Assembly: GCA_964016885.1 (NCBI GenBank)
Contig: OZ024742.1
Location: 143,778,001 to 143,842,000, forward strand
DNA from: Eledone cirrhosa
Taxonomy: Eukaryota
Reading direction: 5' to 3'
DNA length: 64,000 nt
Shown: piece after piece, positions 46,671 to 60,530 of the stretch
Position numbering within the stretch: position 1 is the first letter of the stretch
How the letters are laid out: each line of letters starts with the position of its first letter
The notes under the pieces: model-generated
Database searches by the model: none
Seen by the model: the letters and a program-made list of their open reading frames with translations, nothing else
Told to the model about the DNA's origin: nothing
Made by a program: the position numbers and the translations under genes

Positions 46671-46856
46671 TTGGCAGTATCGGTAGAGGGTCGGACGCCA
46701 TGCTTTGACGGATAGAGTTACAGCCCTTGCCATTCTGAGTTCAAATCCCGCCGAGGTTAACTTTGCCTTTCATCCTTACTGGGTCGATAAAATAAAATAC
46801 CAGTAATGTACTGGGTAATTGCTGGCCTTGTGCCAACAGTAGAAACAATTATTATT
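46671..46856 (+). mobile_element. SINE family 1
   Basis: Near-consensus copy. Confidence 0.9.
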
Positions 46857-46862
46857 AAATAC

Positions 46863-47050
46863 TTGTTTCTACTTTAGGCACAAGGCCAGCAATTACCCAG
46901 TGCATTACTGGTACTTTATTTTATCGACCCCGTAAGGATGAAAGGCAAAGTCAACCTCGGCGGGATTTGAACTCAGATCGTAAAGGGACGTAACTATGCT
47001 TGAAAGCATGGCGTCCGACCCTCTACCGATACTGCCAATCCACCGCCCTT
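46863..47050 (-). mobile_element. SINE family 1, full length, tail-to-tail with the previous copy
   Basis: Nearly identical to 62551-62743. Confidence 0.9.
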
Positions 47051-47076
47051 AATTATTATTAAATACTGTGAGGATA

Positions 47077-47503
47077 ACGGATTGACAGAATCGTTAGAGC
47101 CTTAGATAACATCTTTTGTTGTATTTGTTCGTGCTCTTTACTTTCTAAGTTTAAAACCCACCGAGGCCAGCTTTGCTTTTCCTTCTTTCTGGGTTGATAA
47201 AATAAAGCACCATAACACACTGGGGTTAATTTAATCGACTTTTCCCTTCCCATTCAAATAACTGGTCTTTTGCCAAAAGTAGAATTTATTAAATGTGGTG
47301 CAATGACAGAATCGTTAAAGCGTTGGACAAGTTCGTAGTGGTATTTGTTCCGACACTTAATGTTCTGAATTCAAATCTCACCGATGTCAACTTCGCTTTT
47401 CATCCTTTCTAGACGATAGAAAAAAGTACCAGTCAAATATTGGGTCAATTTAATCGACTTTCCCCTTTCCCAAACTACTGGCTTTGTGCCTAAAGCAGAA
47501 ATC

Positions 47504-47508
<5 letters not shown>
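47077..47508 (+). mobile_element. Two older SINE family 1-related copies
   Basis: Diverged A/B boxes and core at about 47077-47290 and 47303-47508. Confidence 0.65.
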
Positions 47509-47594
<86 letters not shown>

Positions 47595-47626
47595 AGATCA
47601 AAAGATGGTTAAAGGAGTTCCATGTA

Positions 47627-47693
47627 TTTTATTATGCGCATTTCAAAAACAAACATCATCATGCAATAATATTTGTGTTTTCATCAGATAAAA
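47627..47693 (-). ncRNA. Type-I hammerhead ribozyme (family D)
   Basis: Intact core, stem III TGCGCA; stem II substitutions relative to 30239-30305 keep pairing as G-U. Confidence 0.8.
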
Positions 47694-48926
47694 CAGGAGA
47701 ACATGATATGAAGGCTAAAAAACACTTGTGGATAGTGCAGTTTTAAATCAACATATGAAAAGTGGTTTTAGATTGATGTGTGATATTGGGAAAAGTATTT
47801 TATTTAGAGAGGGGGTGGGGTGGAAAGGATGAAAAAGGGGAGGAGATGAGAGGGAGAGATGGGTGATAGAGAGAAAGAGATAGTTTTTATAACTGAGAGA
47901 AGATATATTGTTTTACATAGAGAGATTGAAAACCGTTGGAAGATAATGTATAAATTAAAAGAATTTGAAAATTAACGAAGGGAAGATATGTGCGAGGAAA
48001 AAATATTTTATTTAGGGGGGGGGGGGAAGGATGAAAAAGGGGAGGAGATGAGAGGGAGAGATGGGTGATAGAGAGAAAGAGATAGTTTTTATAACTGAGA
48101 GAAGATATATTGTTTTACATAGAGAGATTGAAAACCGTTGGAAGATAATGTATAAATTAAAAGAATTTGAAAATTAACGAAGGGAAGATATGTGCGAGGA
48201 AAAAATATTTTATTTAGGGGGGGGTGGAAAGGATGAAAAAAGGGGGAGGAGATGAGAGTGAAAGTGGAGAGGGAGAGATGGGTGATAGAGAGAAAGAGAT
48301 AGTTTTTATAACTGAGAAAAGATATATTGTTTTACATAGAGAGGTTGAGAACCGTTGGAAGATAATGTATAAATTAAAGGAATTTGAAAATTAACGAAGG
48401 GAATTTATGTATGAAGATAGAGAGAAAAAATAATAGTTGTGGATGAATATTCTAACGTTAAAAAAAAAGTGTATGTTGATAAGTATTGTGGCAATTTCAA
48501 AATTAACGAAGAGAAGAAATTATTAAGGTTTGTGTGTAGAAGGATTTGAGAAAAATAATGTGAAGTTAAAGTTTGTATATTGAAGGAATTGATAATATAT
48601 GCGAATAAAGAGTTAATATGTATTAAGAATGAGTTCGTTGATGGGGAGAAAAAAATAATAAATTAAGGATGAAATTGAGATTAAAAAGTTTTATGATAGA
48701 GAGAAAAAATAATAATAATTGCGGATGAATATTCTAACGTCAAAAAAACAAATGTATATGTTATGAAGGATTTTACAAGGTGAAGATAGAAAGAGGGTAA
48801 TGAGTAAACAAGTATTATAGAGTGTATAATGCCCTTTGAAGTAAGGTAGGAAGATGGGTATATTTTAAAGAGGTGTATGTATATGTGCCTTTGAGAAAAG
48901 ATTCTAAATTGATAAAGAATTGAATA

Positions 48927-49484
48927 TTAACTGTATACTTTGTGAAAAGTCCTATGGAATTTATGCAGGCAGATAGAAAACAAATCTGTACGTCTATTTA
49001 TTATAGAATCTAGATTAGAGATAATGGTAAATTTTTCATTTAGGCAGAGATTACAGATTTTAGATAGAGAGCTGTTCAAGTATGAGGATGCAGAAGAAAC
49101 CTTCTTCCAAAAGATGGTATATTTAATGTTTTTGTCTTTCAAGGACCATATGAGTTCTGAGAGAGCCGTGTTGGTTCTTTTAAGTTTGTATTTGAAAGAT
49201 GAATGGTGATTATAGAGACGAGCTTTAAAAGAGGTGGAAGTGGAGCCAAAATAGGTGAAGGAATTGGTGCTAGTTATAATTTTACATTCATAAATTAAGT
49301 TTTTATCGAGACAATGGTTGTTGAGAGGACATTTATTTTTAATGCGGCAGTTGCAATTAGAGAGATTATTAATGAGTGACCTAGTGTTATCTATAGAAGG
49401 AATTGGATTGGAGAAGTTGTTTGCGATAGGAATAATAGGAATAATAGTTTCTTGATTTAGAGTTGGATTATGAACATTTAGCGT
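48927..49484 (-). pseudogene. PLE GIY-YIG endonuclease domain with linker, 5'-truncated
   Basis: CNCRIKNKCPLNNHC-LIYECKI-YFGST-FKARLYNH-CNLCLNEK in an open frame; the track's start lies in the inverted tail and microsatellite and is spurious. Confidence 0.85.
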
Positions 49485-49509
49485 TGTACTACAATAAAAC
49501 TCACCTCCT

Positions 49510-49615
<106 letters not shown>

Positions 49616-49659
49616 AAGTTAAATAAAAGTCAAATGATTAAAATTTAGCTTCGTTTATT

Positions 49660-49714
49660 ACTGCTATATATATTTCAGTGACAGCCATCTTTGGCTGTAA
49701 CCTCTTCAGGCAGT
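49660..49714 (-). ncRNA. Type-I hammerhead ribozyme (family G relative)
   Basis: ACTGC-CTGAAGA-GGTTACAGCCA(aaga)TGGCTGTCACT-GAAA-TATATA-TA^-GCAGT; stem II covaries with 38061-38116. Confidence 0.85.
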
Positions 49715-49902
49715 TTGAATTAGTATGGTATAGACAAGTACATATGTTGTTTAGGTGTATAATATTGTCAATACTCTGATATGCCCAGTTCCTTGTTGGG
49801 TTGTTAATTCACTGAGGAACTGGAGTCATATGAATTCAAACAAACGAATTTCAGTGTCAAAGGTCCCCTTCTCCTCTCATTGTATACAACCAACATAAAC
49901 TC

Positions 49903-49997
<95 letters not shown>

Positions 49998-50108
49998 TTT
50001 TGCATGATTCAGTCATTAGACTGCGGCCATGCTGAGACACCGCCTTGATTTAGTCGATAACATTGACTCCAGTAAACTTTTTAACCACAGAGAGATAGAG
50101 ATAGATAA

Positions 50109-50176
<68 letters not shown>

Positions 50177-50556
50177 GCACAGCCCCACAATATAATGCCT
50201 GACATCATTCGCTCGCTTCATGGCCAACTCCACGACCCAACACATGCTCTGTTACTGTGGGATAACCCATAACGCCCTTACCCACACCTTAGACCACCCT
50301 ACTCTCATCAATTGTCTTTTTGTAAGTCGCATTTTGCTGCGTTGTCCTATGCATCTCTCCGGCATCATAAACGTATGGTATTCCTTGCAATATTCCCACT
50401 TTAACGTACGAAATTGTATTTCCAGGAAGTGGCTGAAGAGGGTGTGAATGATTGTTTATCATTTTATCGGTTTTCCATGTGTGCACACTTTTGATTTACA
50501 GTATATTTGATTTACAGTATATTTACAGTATATTTACAGTATATATATATATAAGT

Positions 50557-50770
50557 GAAGGCGTGTGGCTGAGTGGTTAGAGAATTGGATTCGCAATCAT
50601 AAGGTTGTGAGTTCGATTCCTGGACCAGGCGATGCGTTATGTCCTTGAGCAAGACACTTTATTTTACGTTGCTCCTTCTACCTGGAGTTGCGACCGATAG
50701 ATAGTATTAGCAATTGGAAAGACCAACGGAAACATTGTTCCCTCGGTCTGATTTGACGAAAGTCGATCGT
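50557..50770 (+). mobile_element. CORE-type SINE, family 2
   Basis: Highly similar to 26068-26290; inserted in TA-rich sequence. Confidence 0.8.
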
Positions 50771-51079
50771 TCCTTTTTTATATATATAAGTAGTAGTGAA
50801 AATAGAGGATCTGCTGCGAGCTCGGCGGTTTTGGCTAGTTACCTCTTCTAGCCTTTGTCAGGAAAATTTATCGAATTTAAGGGAAAAGAAAGGGGAGGAA
50901 AGGCGGTAGAGAGGAAGACCAGAAGTGGAGGAAGAAAGAATGGGAAGTAAACGTAGAGGCGAGATAGAGAGAGATAGAGATAAATAGTTACAAATAAATA
51001 GGCTGAAAGGCAAAGTTACCCTTACTGAGATTTGAACTAAGGATGTAAAGCATCATAATTAATGGAGCACATTATTTTA

Positions 51080-51262
51080 TTGGCAGTATCGGTAGAGGGT
51101 CGGACGCCTTGCTTTGACGCATAGAGTTACGGCCCTTTCCATTCTGAGTTCAAATCCCGCCGAGGTCAACTTTGCCTTTCATCCTTACGAGGTCGATAAA
51201 ATAAAGTACCAGTAATGTACTGGGTAATGTCTGGCCTTGTGCCAAAAGTAGAAACAATTATT
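51080..51262 (+). mobile_element. SINE family 1
   Basis: Near-consensus copy. Confidence 0.9.
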
Positions 51263-51447
51263 TTATCTGATACTTGAACGATTCCGTTAAATCTACAAGC
51301 CAAGTTATCTGGTTAATAATATAATCGATGTAAAAATCATCTGGTGCGTGAGTTTTTATTGGTAACATGGCCCTTCCAAAGTATAACAAATATCTGTTAC
51401 AACACTCGATTTCACATCCAGACTGTGGCAAAACAAATATATATATA

Positions 51448-51482
<35 letters not shown>

Positions 51483-51600
51483 CGTGTGTGTTTATCACGG
51501 GTTCAATCGGGGGTAACCACAGTAAGTAAGGTACTCAATACTTAGCAGAGTATAAATACTTAATATAGAAATGACTTCAAATGGCTTTTCTATATTTCTA

Positions 51601-52280
<680 letters not shown>

Positions 52281-52410
52281 ATAGTGATTATGAAAATAGA
52301 AACATGCAGACAGCTTTATTGAGATTAAGCAGATCTTGCTCAATTTCTATTATTATTTTTTATATTGTCACCCTTGTTCTTCTGCCACTCCCCCCCCCTC
52401 CTCCTCTTCA

Positions 52411-52430
52411 CAACCACCACCACCACCATC

Positions 52431-52461
<31 letters not shown>

Positions 52462-53522
52462 CCACCACCATCATCCCCCCTAAACTAAAACTGTAATGAT
52501 AATGATAATAATGGTGATGGTGATGATGATAACGATGATGGTGATGGTGATGATGGTGATGTTGGTGATGTTGGTGATGGTGATGGTGGTGGTGATGGTG
52601 GTGGTGATGGTGGTGGTGATGGTGATGGTGGTGGTGATGGTGATGGTGATGGTGATGGTGGTGGTGATGGTGATGGTGATGGTGATGGTGGTGGTGATGG
52701 TGGTGGTGGTGGTGATGGTGATGGTGGTGGTGATGGTGGTGGTGGTGGTGATGGTGGTGGTGATGGTGATGGTGGTGGTGATGGTGGTGGTGATGGTGAT
52801 GGTGGTGGTGATGGTGATGGTGGTGGTGATGGTGATGGTGATGGTGATGGTGATGGTGATGGTGGTGGTGATGGTGGTGGTGGTGGTGATGGTGATGGTG
52901 GTGGTGATGGTGATGGTGGTGGTGATGGTGATGGTGATGGTGATGGTGATGGTGATGGTGGTGGTGATGGTGGTGGTGGTGGTGATGGTGATGGTGGTGG
53001 TGATGGTGATGGTGATGGTGATGGTGATGGTGGTGGTGATGGTGGTGGTGGTGGTGATGGTGATGGTGGTGGTGATGGTGGTGGTGATGGTGATGGTGGT
53101 GGTGATGGTGATGGTGGTGGTGATGGTGATGGTGATGGTGATGGTGATGGTGATGGTGGTGGTGATGGTGGTGGTGATGGTGATGGTGGTGGTGGTGGTG
53201 ATAGTGATGGTGATGGTGATGGTGGTGGTGATGGTGATGGTGATGGTGGTGGTGATGGTGATGGTGATGGTGATGGTGGCGGTGATGGTGATGGTGGTGG
53301 TGATGGTGATGGTGATGGTGATGGTGGTGGTGGCGGTGATGGTGATGGTGATGGTGATGGTGATGGTGATGGTGGTGGTGATGGTGGTGGTGATGGTGAT
53401 GGTGGTGGTGGTGGTGATAGTGATGGTGATGGTGATGGTGGTGGTGATGGTGATGGTGATGGTGGTGGTGATGGTAGTGGTGGTGGTGGTGGTGATGGTG
53501 ATGGTGGTGGTGATGGTGGTGA
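52411..53522. repeat. (CAC/CAT)n then long (GGT/GAT)n trinucleotide array
   Basis: Directly visible. Confidence 0.95.
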
Positions 53523-53597
53523 TATAGTCGTTATCAATATCTAAATGAAAAATCATTATCATCAGCAATATTGCAATTATCATCATAAAAGGAAATT

Positions 53598-53599
53598 TA

Positions 53600-53657
<58 letters not shown>

Positions 53658-53721
53658 TTTATTACTACTACTACTACTACTACCACCACTACTACTACTA
53701 CTTTTACTACTACTACTATTT

Positions 53722-53757
<36 letters not shown>

Positions 53758-53758
53758 T

Positions 53759-53806
<48 letters not shown>

Positions 53807-53813
53807 AACAACC

Positions 53814-53874
<61 letters not shown>

Positions 53875-54038
53875 TTACTACCACTACTACTGCTACTGCT
53901 ACTACTGATGCTACTACTAGTACTACTACTACTACTACCACTACCACCACCACTACCACCACTATTGCTACTACTACTACTTTTACTACTACTACTACTA
54001 CTACTGCTACTGCTACTACTACTACTACCACTACCACC

Positions 54039-54076
<38 letters not shown>

Positions 54077-54092
54077 CACTACCACTACCACC

Positions 54093-54129
<37 letters not shown>

Positions 54130-54187
54130 TGTACATCCCCTACTTCATGTAACGTACTTTTGTAATATTCTCTTCATCCGATTATAT

Positions 54188-54227
<40 letters not shown>

Positions 54228-54254
54228 GATAGTAGTAGTAGTAGTAGTATTAGA

Positions 54255-54328
<74 letters not shown>

Positions 54329-54343
54329 CGGTAGTGGTGGTGA

Positions 54344-54382
<39 letters not shown>
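53598..54382. repeat. (ACT/ACC)n followed by its complement (AGT/GGT)n
   Basis: 53598-54130 and 54189-54382 around a about 58-bp unique spacer. Confidence 0.9.
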
Positions 54383-54642
54383 ACCGTATTTCGTTGAAAA
54401 AGGTAAAAGTTCAGACAAAGGACTAATGCAGCAGGTTGTTTGAACGAGAACGTCACGAAGTCTGAGTAATACGGAAACGATGTCTTCCTCGTTGAGAGGA
54501 AGCCTGGAAATGCTGTGGCATTTGCCAGAAGGGAGCAGCAAAGCGTTCGATAAAACGTAGTATGTGTGTTAATTAATGTTGGAGGTCAAAAAGAAAGACA
54601 GACAGGAAGGAAAAGAGAAGTGTGGGTGAGAAAGAGAGAAAA

Positions 54643-54710
<68 letters not shown>

Positions 54711-55080
54711 AAATAGTTAAACTAAGAAAACATAGATAAATAGATCTATAGATAGGTACATCTCGCTTTCTTTAGAGAGAGAGGCGGGGATATAATCAGT
54801 CAGATAGACTTATAGATAAACAGATAGATTAAGAAGATGGTTTTAGAGAATAGGTATAGAACTAATGACAGAGTAATCCTAAGCATCGCAGTTGGGAAGT
54901 AATATATGAGATACATAAGACTTGAAAAGTTGTAGAGTGAGTAAATATAAATTAAATAAAAGAAACAGAGTAAGAGAGAGGATGAAGAGAGAATGAGTGA
55001 GGGTGTGAGGGAAATGATGGATGTCATGCATAGTTCTGGCTCTATTAACTATAATGTTTTAGAAGAAAAATATCTAAAAC

Positions 55081-55235
55081 CGGTGGCAAATTGGCAAAGT
55101 CGTTAGAACGTCAGATAAAATGCTTGGTGGTTTTCATTTCGGCTCTCTGCTTTCTGAGTTCAATCCCGCCGAGGTTAACTTTGTCTTTCATCCATTCGAG
55201 GTCGATGAAAAAGTACCAGTCAAGTACTAGGATCG
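55081..55235 (+). mobile_element. Diverged SINE family 1-related copy
   Basis: GAGTTCAATCCCGCCGAGGTTAACTTTG...GTCGATGAAAAAGTACCAG. Confidence 0.65.
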
Positions 55236-55887
55236 ATTCTTCCTGTATATCTCTTTCTTACTTCCATTCTCTCACACTCTATCCTTCCCTAGAAGAAATC
55301 AGCTGTATTCAGACCTGGAAAGGACTGGGCTCCGTCGGATTTCAAAATGCCCTAGAAACACAGTATTTCAATACAGCGCCCCTGCAACTCCCTCGGGGGT
55401 TACAAAACCATCTATCCATCCATCCATCTAAAAACAGGTTTGTCAATTTAAATTATTAGAGTATCTTTACCAGTGGACAGATCATTTCGAAAATATGCAG
55501 TATTACGGTCAATCTTTTTTAAAGCCATACCCTTGTTTTCAAAAAGGAAGAAAATATTGGATAGTTGAGATATTGGTAGTTGAGAAACAAGGACAGGTTA
55601 ATCACGGCTCCTACTTGTTCAGAGTTAACCTAGGGATAACCTACAAGAACAACAAATTCATCCAGAAAATAAGATTGATGAATTAAGTAATGTTATTGTT
55701 CCAAACCGTTGTAAAGAACTAATTATTAGTACGGAAATGGGGAACGTCTTTAATGGTTGATGTAAAACTTGAGCCCTGTTGCATTCTAGTAACGCATACT
55801 CGTTATACAAACTCTTACACATACACACATGTGTTTATACAAAGATAAATAGGCTGGCTAATAGACATATAGATAAATAGATAGACG

Positions 55888-55933
<46 letters not shown>

Positions 55934-55969
55934 GGCAAACACACACACATATATATATACATACATATA

Positions 55970-56130
55970 TAACAAAGAGAGGGTGTGGTAAGATACCAGG
56001 TGGACCATAACGTATCAGAGTACGCAATACTTAGGGTAGTAGAGTGGGTAATAGGAAAAGGGTCAGGACCCCGACGGCTGATCTCCGGCCGTTTCGACTG
56101 TTAAATCCGAACTAAGCCGGCTTAGTTTTC
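55970..56130 (-). mobile_element. Family B-related subfamily fragment with hammerhead 3' half
   Basis: Minus strand GAAA-CGGC..GCCG-TC-GGGGTCC and tail ...CGTTATGGTCCACCTGG. Confidence 0.7.
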
Positions 56131-56168
56131 CTATATATATACTGCATGTTTAATTAAAAACATTTAGA

Positions 56169-56330
56169 AGACCATTCGCTATCAGTTTTAAAGTAGTGAG
56201 TATGTCACTTACTTATATTTTCGGCAAAAGCTGTTTCTCGCTGCTTGTCGTTTATCAAAGCTACGCACTCACCTGCCTTTGCCGAAAATAAGTGATATAA
56301 TCACTACTTTAAAACTGATAGCGAATGGTC
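56169..56330. repeat. Imperfect inverted repeat, arms about 55-60 bp
   Basis: GACCATTCGCTATCAGTTTTAAAGTAGTGA...TTTTCGGCAAA versus TTTGCCGAAAA...TCACTACTTTAAAACTGATAGCGAATGGTC. Confidence 0.8.
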
Positions 56331-56344
56331 GTACTTATCCTCCA

Positions 56345-58800
56345 CTAATCCCATATAGAATGTCGAAGTGGAGGTCTCCGCTCGTTGCCGTTTCCGCTTG
56401 GTAGAGGGCTGTGAGCGCCTGAAGGCACTCGAGGTGCCAGGCGTCCATTTTCGATTCGCTTGACCCAGGACTGCAGCTCTGTTAGTGAGACGAGTTGTGG
56501 AAGAGCTCGTCTCACAAACGACAGCCACACCGGTTCGCCGGCCAGGAATACCTGGAGATGGCGTAGCCTCAGCGCGTCTTTGCGCATCATCAGCCTCAGC
56601 ATGCCCAGCCCTCTGTTAGAAGGGTGTTGACAGCTGATGGATCTCCTCACCAATGGAGCCTGTTTCTTCCAGAGGAACTTGAAGAGTAGGCGTTCCATTT
56701 TGGTGAGGTGTTCGCGGGGACAAGGCTCGACTGTCAAGCGGTAGTAGATGACGGACGCTATGTAAGTGTTCGCCACCTCCGCTCAACCTTTCAAGGAGAG
56801 TTTACACTCAGCCTACTTGTGTGACCTCGTTCCAGTTCTTGGATCGAACCAGACCCCGAGCAATTTCACCATCCTTTCGTCCAGCGTCCAACGACACTGT
56901 CGGAAGGCCTGGGTTTGCCTCTCCATGTGCCGAGTTGCAAACCGACAGACTTGTTTGGGTTTAGTCTTGCTCCTGTCAACGTTTCGTATTCCTGTAATAG
57001 GTTGCCGATTACCCCGATTTCCGAGGTTTTCGACACCAGTACGGTTACGTCGTCGGCATAGCCCTACGCTGCTTTCTGCAGTCCTGGTTCGATCGGGATG
57101 CCCTGCAACAGCTCCAACTTCCACAGTAATGGCTCGAGAGTCAGTACATACAGAATGGAGGAGAGAGGGCATCCCTGACGGATGGAACGCATGATTTGGA
57201 ATGGCTCTGATAGGTAGTCATTCACCTTGACTGCCGAGCAGATGCTGGTGTGCATGGCAGCGATCCAGCCTCTGAAGACGGGACCAAAGTTGGCCGCCTT
57301 GAGAACCGCTTCCAAGTATTGATGGTCGACTCTATCAAATGCCTTAGACTGATCTAAATTGATCAGAGCCCCACCGAAGCCAGGTTTACACCCTACCCTT
57401 TCTATGATGTATCGCATGAGGTGGAGGTTGTCGTGTATAGACCTGGTCGGGATTGCACGCGTTTGCGCTCCCCCTACCAGGTTCTCGACAAGTGCCAGCC
57501 TCGCTGCTAACACCTTGGCCAAAATCTTTAACTCTGTGTTGGGCAGAATTATGGGCCTTAAATTGCTTATCTCATCCCCCCTCTTCTCATCTTTCCTGAT
57601 CAGCGTTACTACGCCTCTGCCTCCCGTTCTGTTGCCAGTTGCAGTAGACCGCTTCGAGGACGCCAGAGAACAAGTCTGGCATGCCTATGTAAAACTCATA
57701 GGGTAGACCATCTCAACCGGGTGATTTGCGTTTCCCACAGCGGCCTACGGCATTTTATATTTCTCCCGCTGTGTTCGGCCTTTCGCAGCTCTCTGCATCC
57801 GTGCTCGAGAGTCGTGGTAGGCCTTTGAGGTAGGAACTGAAGTCCGTCACCTCACTCGACGTACCGCTTTGCCCGAACAGTTGTGCACATCTGCTTGGAT
57901 TCAAGTAGAATGCGTCCATCTTTGTCTTGCGAAGACCGAATTGTGGATTTGTTGCCACTTTTCGTCTCTGCCACTCGGTAACAGCTTTGGTAACAGCCCA
58001 GGTAACAGCTTTGGCTCCCTCGTTTCTTAGAGCACGTGTTCTACTTCTGACAATACAACCTTCGTGTTTCACGTTGAAGAACTGGTCTAGTGCCGTTCTC
58101 GCCGCTAGCACATCAGCTGTACTGCCATTCCTAAGTGCCTCATCTACTTTAGCTACCAGTTCCTTTTCAGTTTTGATTTTTTCTAAAGCTACTCCCTTGC
58201 TAAATGCTATTGATTCTATTCTAATTGCTCTCTTGAGAAATCTATCTAAATACGATCTGTGCGGTTGCTCCACGTCCACAGTGGTGCACTTGGGAAGTCT
58301 AGTCGATATCTATCAGCCAGTTGGAATTTGCTGATAAGATTTTTGAGGCTATTACACCCCCCTCTATTATCACAAGCTCCTACATAATCCCAAGTGCGTC
58401 TAAGATGCCATTCCAGTCCCCCGCTAACACTAAGGAGCGAGACGTTCCCAGGAATGGATCCAGACGCTTGAAGAACTCTGGTTGCGATGTCCCAGTCGGG
58501 GCATATACGGCCACCAGTCTGAAAGCTCCACCTTCACAATCCATTCTTGTCCAGGACCACCAGGCTGCCCTCCGGGTCCAAGTGAATCGTCTGTACTTTG
58601 AGATCCAGGTTTTTTCGAAACAGAACAGCAACTCCACCCCCACCTCCTGGCTGACAGAGAGATGCGTAGATCTCAAAATCATCGAACATGGGTAGCTGCT
58701 GCTTGTCGTGAATCCTGGACTCGGTGATGGCTATCACATCTATACAATGTGACCTGAGATCATTTAAAAACTGGCCCTGTTCCCAGGACATGCTGAGGCC
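56345..58800 (-). pseudogene. L1/Tx1-like LINE ORF2 remnant (APE endonuclease + RT)
   Basis: DVIAITESRI, VAVYAPTG, LVLAGDWN (APE); DQSKAFDRVDHQYL, RQGCPLSSILY (RT); fragmented; clearly related to 40503-42331. Confidence 0.9.
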
Positions 58801-59923
58801 ACATATATAGATAGATATCTAGAGAGGGTGGGAGATATAAAAGCATGTAAAAGGAGTTAAAAAAAGAGAAATTTGTGGATAAGTTTGGATGCCGTAGGAG
58901 AGAAGAAAAGGAATGTTTTGCTGTTGAAAAATCAAAGTAGCTGTATAGTGAATTGTGGTGGTTACTGGCTTACATTACCGAAATCAAATCCTCTCATGGG
59001 AAAATAAACAAAAATAATCGGATCAGTTGTGACTATGTCCCATTTGAGGCTAATTATGACGTATTTTTTTCCAGGGTGTTGAGGATTGAGTATTAAGAAT
59101 TCAGTTGGTGGTATCACTATTACTGCGTTGACATATAACCTTCGCATGTGCAGTCTAATAGCCTCTGACTAGTTACTATCGAGTAGGTATTTATAATGGG
59201 AGCACTGTTAATTCTTGAGAGACAAACCTAAGAGGGAAGATACATCTACAGCCGTGGTTGCTAACTTATGGGTTACGGTATAATTCTGAAATGACCATAA
59301 ATTGAATTAAAAGATTTCGTCATAACTTTGACTAAATGAAATAGTCTAATAATAAGGGGTGTATGAGTAAACCAACAGAACGGGAAAAGGTGGGCATTAG
59401 CTCACATAGGATTCGAACCCACATCTCTTGTTATGAAGATACATTCTTTTAGTCTTGAAATAATTGATAACATATAAAATGTTCACGAATATGTTATACA
59501 ATAAGCCATAGAACACACCATTGATGTATTACAGCATTTACTGCAAATAAAAGCTAATAAATATCACTCTAAAAAACACCCACGATATGGGAAGTCCACT
59601 TCATTGGAATTTATTAAAGAAAGCGGGGTAGCAAAGGATTATTGAATTGACAAAATTAGCCACAGTGGTAAAGGTTTGGAAGCTGAAAATATACAATAAT
59701 TATCTTCGACTAGCAATCAGATTTATCCAGCCTAATGTCAACAATGTCTTTACAGTTCTCATTTTATGTGAGATTCGATGTAAGAGTTTGTGACCACAGT
59801 AAAGCTTGTGGATAACACGCTATAACTTACCACTTTTCTTATTCTGTGAATATCTCGAAATATTAATAGACACATGGATTTAACAACGCCCATTTTCGAA
59901 TTTAACGGTAAAGAATTAATAAG

Positions 59924-59969
<46 letters not shown>

Positions 59970-60073
59970 GTACATTCATACGTACACACACACATACATA
60001 CATACATAAGTACATACATACCTACATACTTACGTACTCACACTAAAACACACACACACACACACACACACAT

Positions 60074-60161
<88 letters not shown>

Positions 60162-60243
60162 GCTTGAGAGGGATTTCCTGTTATGAAAGAATGACTCCTC
60201 AGTATGTAAACATAGAGGTAATTCATATAACTCAGTTCATGAT

Positions 60244-60416
60244 ATTAATTAGATTTTCAAGGAAATATTAATTTCAGTTTTTGTTAATCAAGGTACCTAT
60301 TCTCCATTACCAGATGATTAGTGCTGGCAGGTCTTATATACATCTAGTAATGGAAAATACGAACCTTGGTTAACAAACTCTATGAAACTAATAGTTTCTT
60401 GAAAATTCAATTAATA
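60244..60416. repeat. Diverged inverted repeat, arms about 75 bp, loop about 23 nt
   Basis: 60244-60317 versus 60341-60416, e.g. TTGTTAATCAAGGT/ACCTTGGTTAACAA and CCATTACCAGATG/CATCTAGTAATGG. Confidence 0.7.
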
Positions 60417-60458
60417 CAATGTATGCATGTATCATATATACGCATATATATATATACA

Positions 60459-60524
<66 letters not shown>

Positions 60525-60530
<6 letters not shown>

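Noticed and set aside
50008-50075. Short GACTGCGGCCATGCTG fragment resembling another cephalopod SINE
   Set aside because: Too short, with no second copy in the window to support it.
50800-50870. Minus-strand hammerhead-like CTGACAA-AGGCTAG..CTAGCC-AAAAC
   Set aside because: Two core positions are mutated and no stem I/III or NUH could be assigned; at most a decayed relic.
52480-54541. Extensin-like (SPPP), poly-L and poly-Y ORFs
   Set aside because: Trinucleotide-repeat translations with no supporting gene structure.
59405-59425. Isolated B-box-like GGATTCGAACCC
   Set aside because: No A box or cloverleaf nearby.
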